Shown one piece after another: positions 62,101 through 64,000 of a stretch of 64,000 nt of DNA (position 1 is its first letter; each line of letters starts with the position of its first letter). The stretch is taken from assembly GCA_030390025.1 (NCBI GenBank), contig CM059432.1, positions 134,046,001 to 134,110,000 on the forward strand, given 5' to 3'. The position numbers and the translations under genes were made by a program. Below the pieces are notes generated by a model. It saw only the letters and a program-made list of their open reading frames with translations, ran no database searches and was not told the origin of the DNA. This DNA is from Squalus acanthias. Lineage: Eukaryota.

Positions 62101-64000
62101 ATACATGTTGTATATCTGTGTTAAATACCCATGCTATATATCTGTGTTAAGTGCACTTGTTGTAAATCTGTGTTAAATACCCATGTTGTATATCTGTGTT
62201 AAATACCCATGTTGTATATCTGTGTTAAATACCCATGCTGTAGATCTGTGTTAAATACCCATGTTGTATATCTGTGTTAAATACCCATGCTATATATCAG
62301 TGTTATATACTCTTGCTGTATATTTGTGTTAAATAACCAAGCTGTATATCTGTGTTAATTATACTTGCTATATATCTGTGTTAAATGCACTTTTTGTATA
62401 TCTGTGTTAAATAATCTTGTTGTATATCTGTGTAAAATGCACTTGTTGTATATCTGTGTTAAATACCCATGCTATATATCGGTGTTATATACTCTTGCTG
62501 TATATTTGTGTTAAATACCCATGGTGTATATCTGTGTTAAATACCCATGCTATATATCTGTGTTAAATGCACTTGTTGTTTATCTGTTTTAAATAATCTT
62601 GTTGTAGTTAGAAACATAGAAACTAGGAGCAGGAGTAGGCCATTCGGCCCGTCGAGCCTGCTCCACCATTCAATATGATCATGGCTGATCATCCAAATCC
62701 AGTACCCTGTCCCTGCTTTCTCACACAGAATCCCCATCGAGCCTGCACATATCCCACCCTATCCCCGTAACCCCACGTATTTAATTCCCCCTAACATATC
62801 CCATCCTATCCCCGTAACCCCACATATTTAATCCTCCCCTAACACTAAGGGTCAATTTATCATAGCCAAATCAACCTAACCCGCACATTTATGGACTGTG
62901 GGAGGAAACCGGAGTACCCGGAGGAAACCCACGCAGACACGGGGAGAATGTGCAAACTCCACACAGACAGTCACCCGAGGCCAGATTCGAACCCGGGTCC
63001 CTGGCGCTGTGAGGCACCAGTGCTAACCACTATGCCACCGTGTCACATATATCTGTGTTAAATACCCATGCTATATATCTGTGTTAAATGCACTTGTTGT
63101 ATATCTGTGTTAAATACCCATGTTGTATATCTGTGTTAAATACACATGTTGTATATCTGTGTTAAATGCACTTGCTGTATAGCTGTGTTAAATACCAATG
63201 TTGTATATCTGTGTAAAATACCCATGTTGTACATCTGTGTAAAATGCACTTGTTGTATACCTGTTTTAAATAATCTTGTTGTATATCTGTGTTAAATACC
63301 CATGTTGTATATCTGTGTTAAATACCCATGCTGTATATCTGTGTTAAATGCACTTCTTGTATATCTATGTTAATTACCAATGTTGTATATCTGTGTTAAA
63401 TACCCATGCTCTATAGCTGTGTTATATACAGTTGTTGTATATCTGAGTTAAAAACCCATGCTGTACATCTGTGTTAAATACCCATGTTGTATACCTGTGT
63501 TAAATACATTGCTCTATATATGTGTTAAATGCACTTGCTGTATAATTGAGTTAAATACCTATGTTGTATATCTATGCTAAATACCTATGTTGTATATCTG
63601 TGTTAAATACCCACGCTGTATATCTTTGTTAAATACAATTGCTGTATATCTGTGTTAAATGCACTTGTTGTATATCTGTATTAAAAAACCTTGTTATATA
63701 TATGTGTTAAATACACTTGTTGTATATCTGTGTTAAATACCCCTGCTATATATCTGTGTTAAATATACATGTTGTATATCGGTGTTAAATACTCATGTTG
63801 TATAACTGTGTTAAATGCATTTGTTGTATATCTGTGTTAAATACCAATGTTGTATATCTGTGTTAAATACACATGTTGTATATCTGTGCAAAATGCACTT
63901 GTTGTATATCTGTGTTAAATAACCATGCTATATATCGGTGTTATATACTCTTGCTGTATATTTGTGTTAAACAACCAAGCTGTTTATCTGTGTTAAATAT
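56189..64000. repeat. 26-bp satellite/minisatellite array, continuing past the window end
   Basis: The unit is TATATCTGTGTTAAAT plus a 10-nt variable part (ACCCATGTTG, ACCCATGCTG, GCACTTGTTG, ACACTTGCTG and others). It is interrupted once by a SINE. Confidence 0.98.
62607..63046 (-). mobile_element. HE1-like V-SINE with CR1-type tail, inserted in the satellite
   Basis: The minus strand reads GGTGGCATAGTGGTTAGCAC (A box), GGTTCGAATC (B box), the V core GTGTGGAGTTTGCACATTCTCCCCGTGTCTGCGTGGGTTTCCTCCGG and the tail GAATGGCCTACTCCTGCTCCTAGTTTCTATG. Confidence 0.9.

Noticed and set aside
56189..64000. CRISPR-like constant/variable alternation
   Set aside because: The variable parts are only 10 nt and are related variants rather than unique spacers. 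There are no cas genes and the context is vertebrate.

Overview
This is eukaryotic, repeat-dense DNA, most likely from a cartilaginous fish (shark); that is an inference from the DeuSINE/SacSINE1-like, HE1 V-SINE-like and CR1/L2 repeat content. No host protein-coding gene could be identified with confidence, and most ORF-track entries are transposon fragments or chance ORFs. The best-preserved element is a 5'-truncated Penelope-like retroelement (22233-24694). It has an uninterrupted RT + GIY-YIG frame, a 13-bp target-site duplication (TSD) and a minimal hammerhead ribozyme in its 3' pseudo-LTR, and it sits inside the endonuclease domain of a CR1 LINE. The window also holds decayed CR1 and L2 LINEs, about a dozen tRNA-derived Deu-domain SINEs and two hAT-type MITEs. 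PIF/Harbinger sequence is abundant: a transposase relic, several Myb/SANT partner-gene relics and at least 11 MITE or deletion-derivative copies, most with 3-bp TSDs. A 26-bp satellite with higher-order duplications runs from about 56189 to the end of the window and contains one HE1-like SINE. Several TE-poor stretches may be conserved non-coding elements or non-coding exons. No prokaryotic system or CRISPR array is present. Family assignments come from motif recognition, not database searches.
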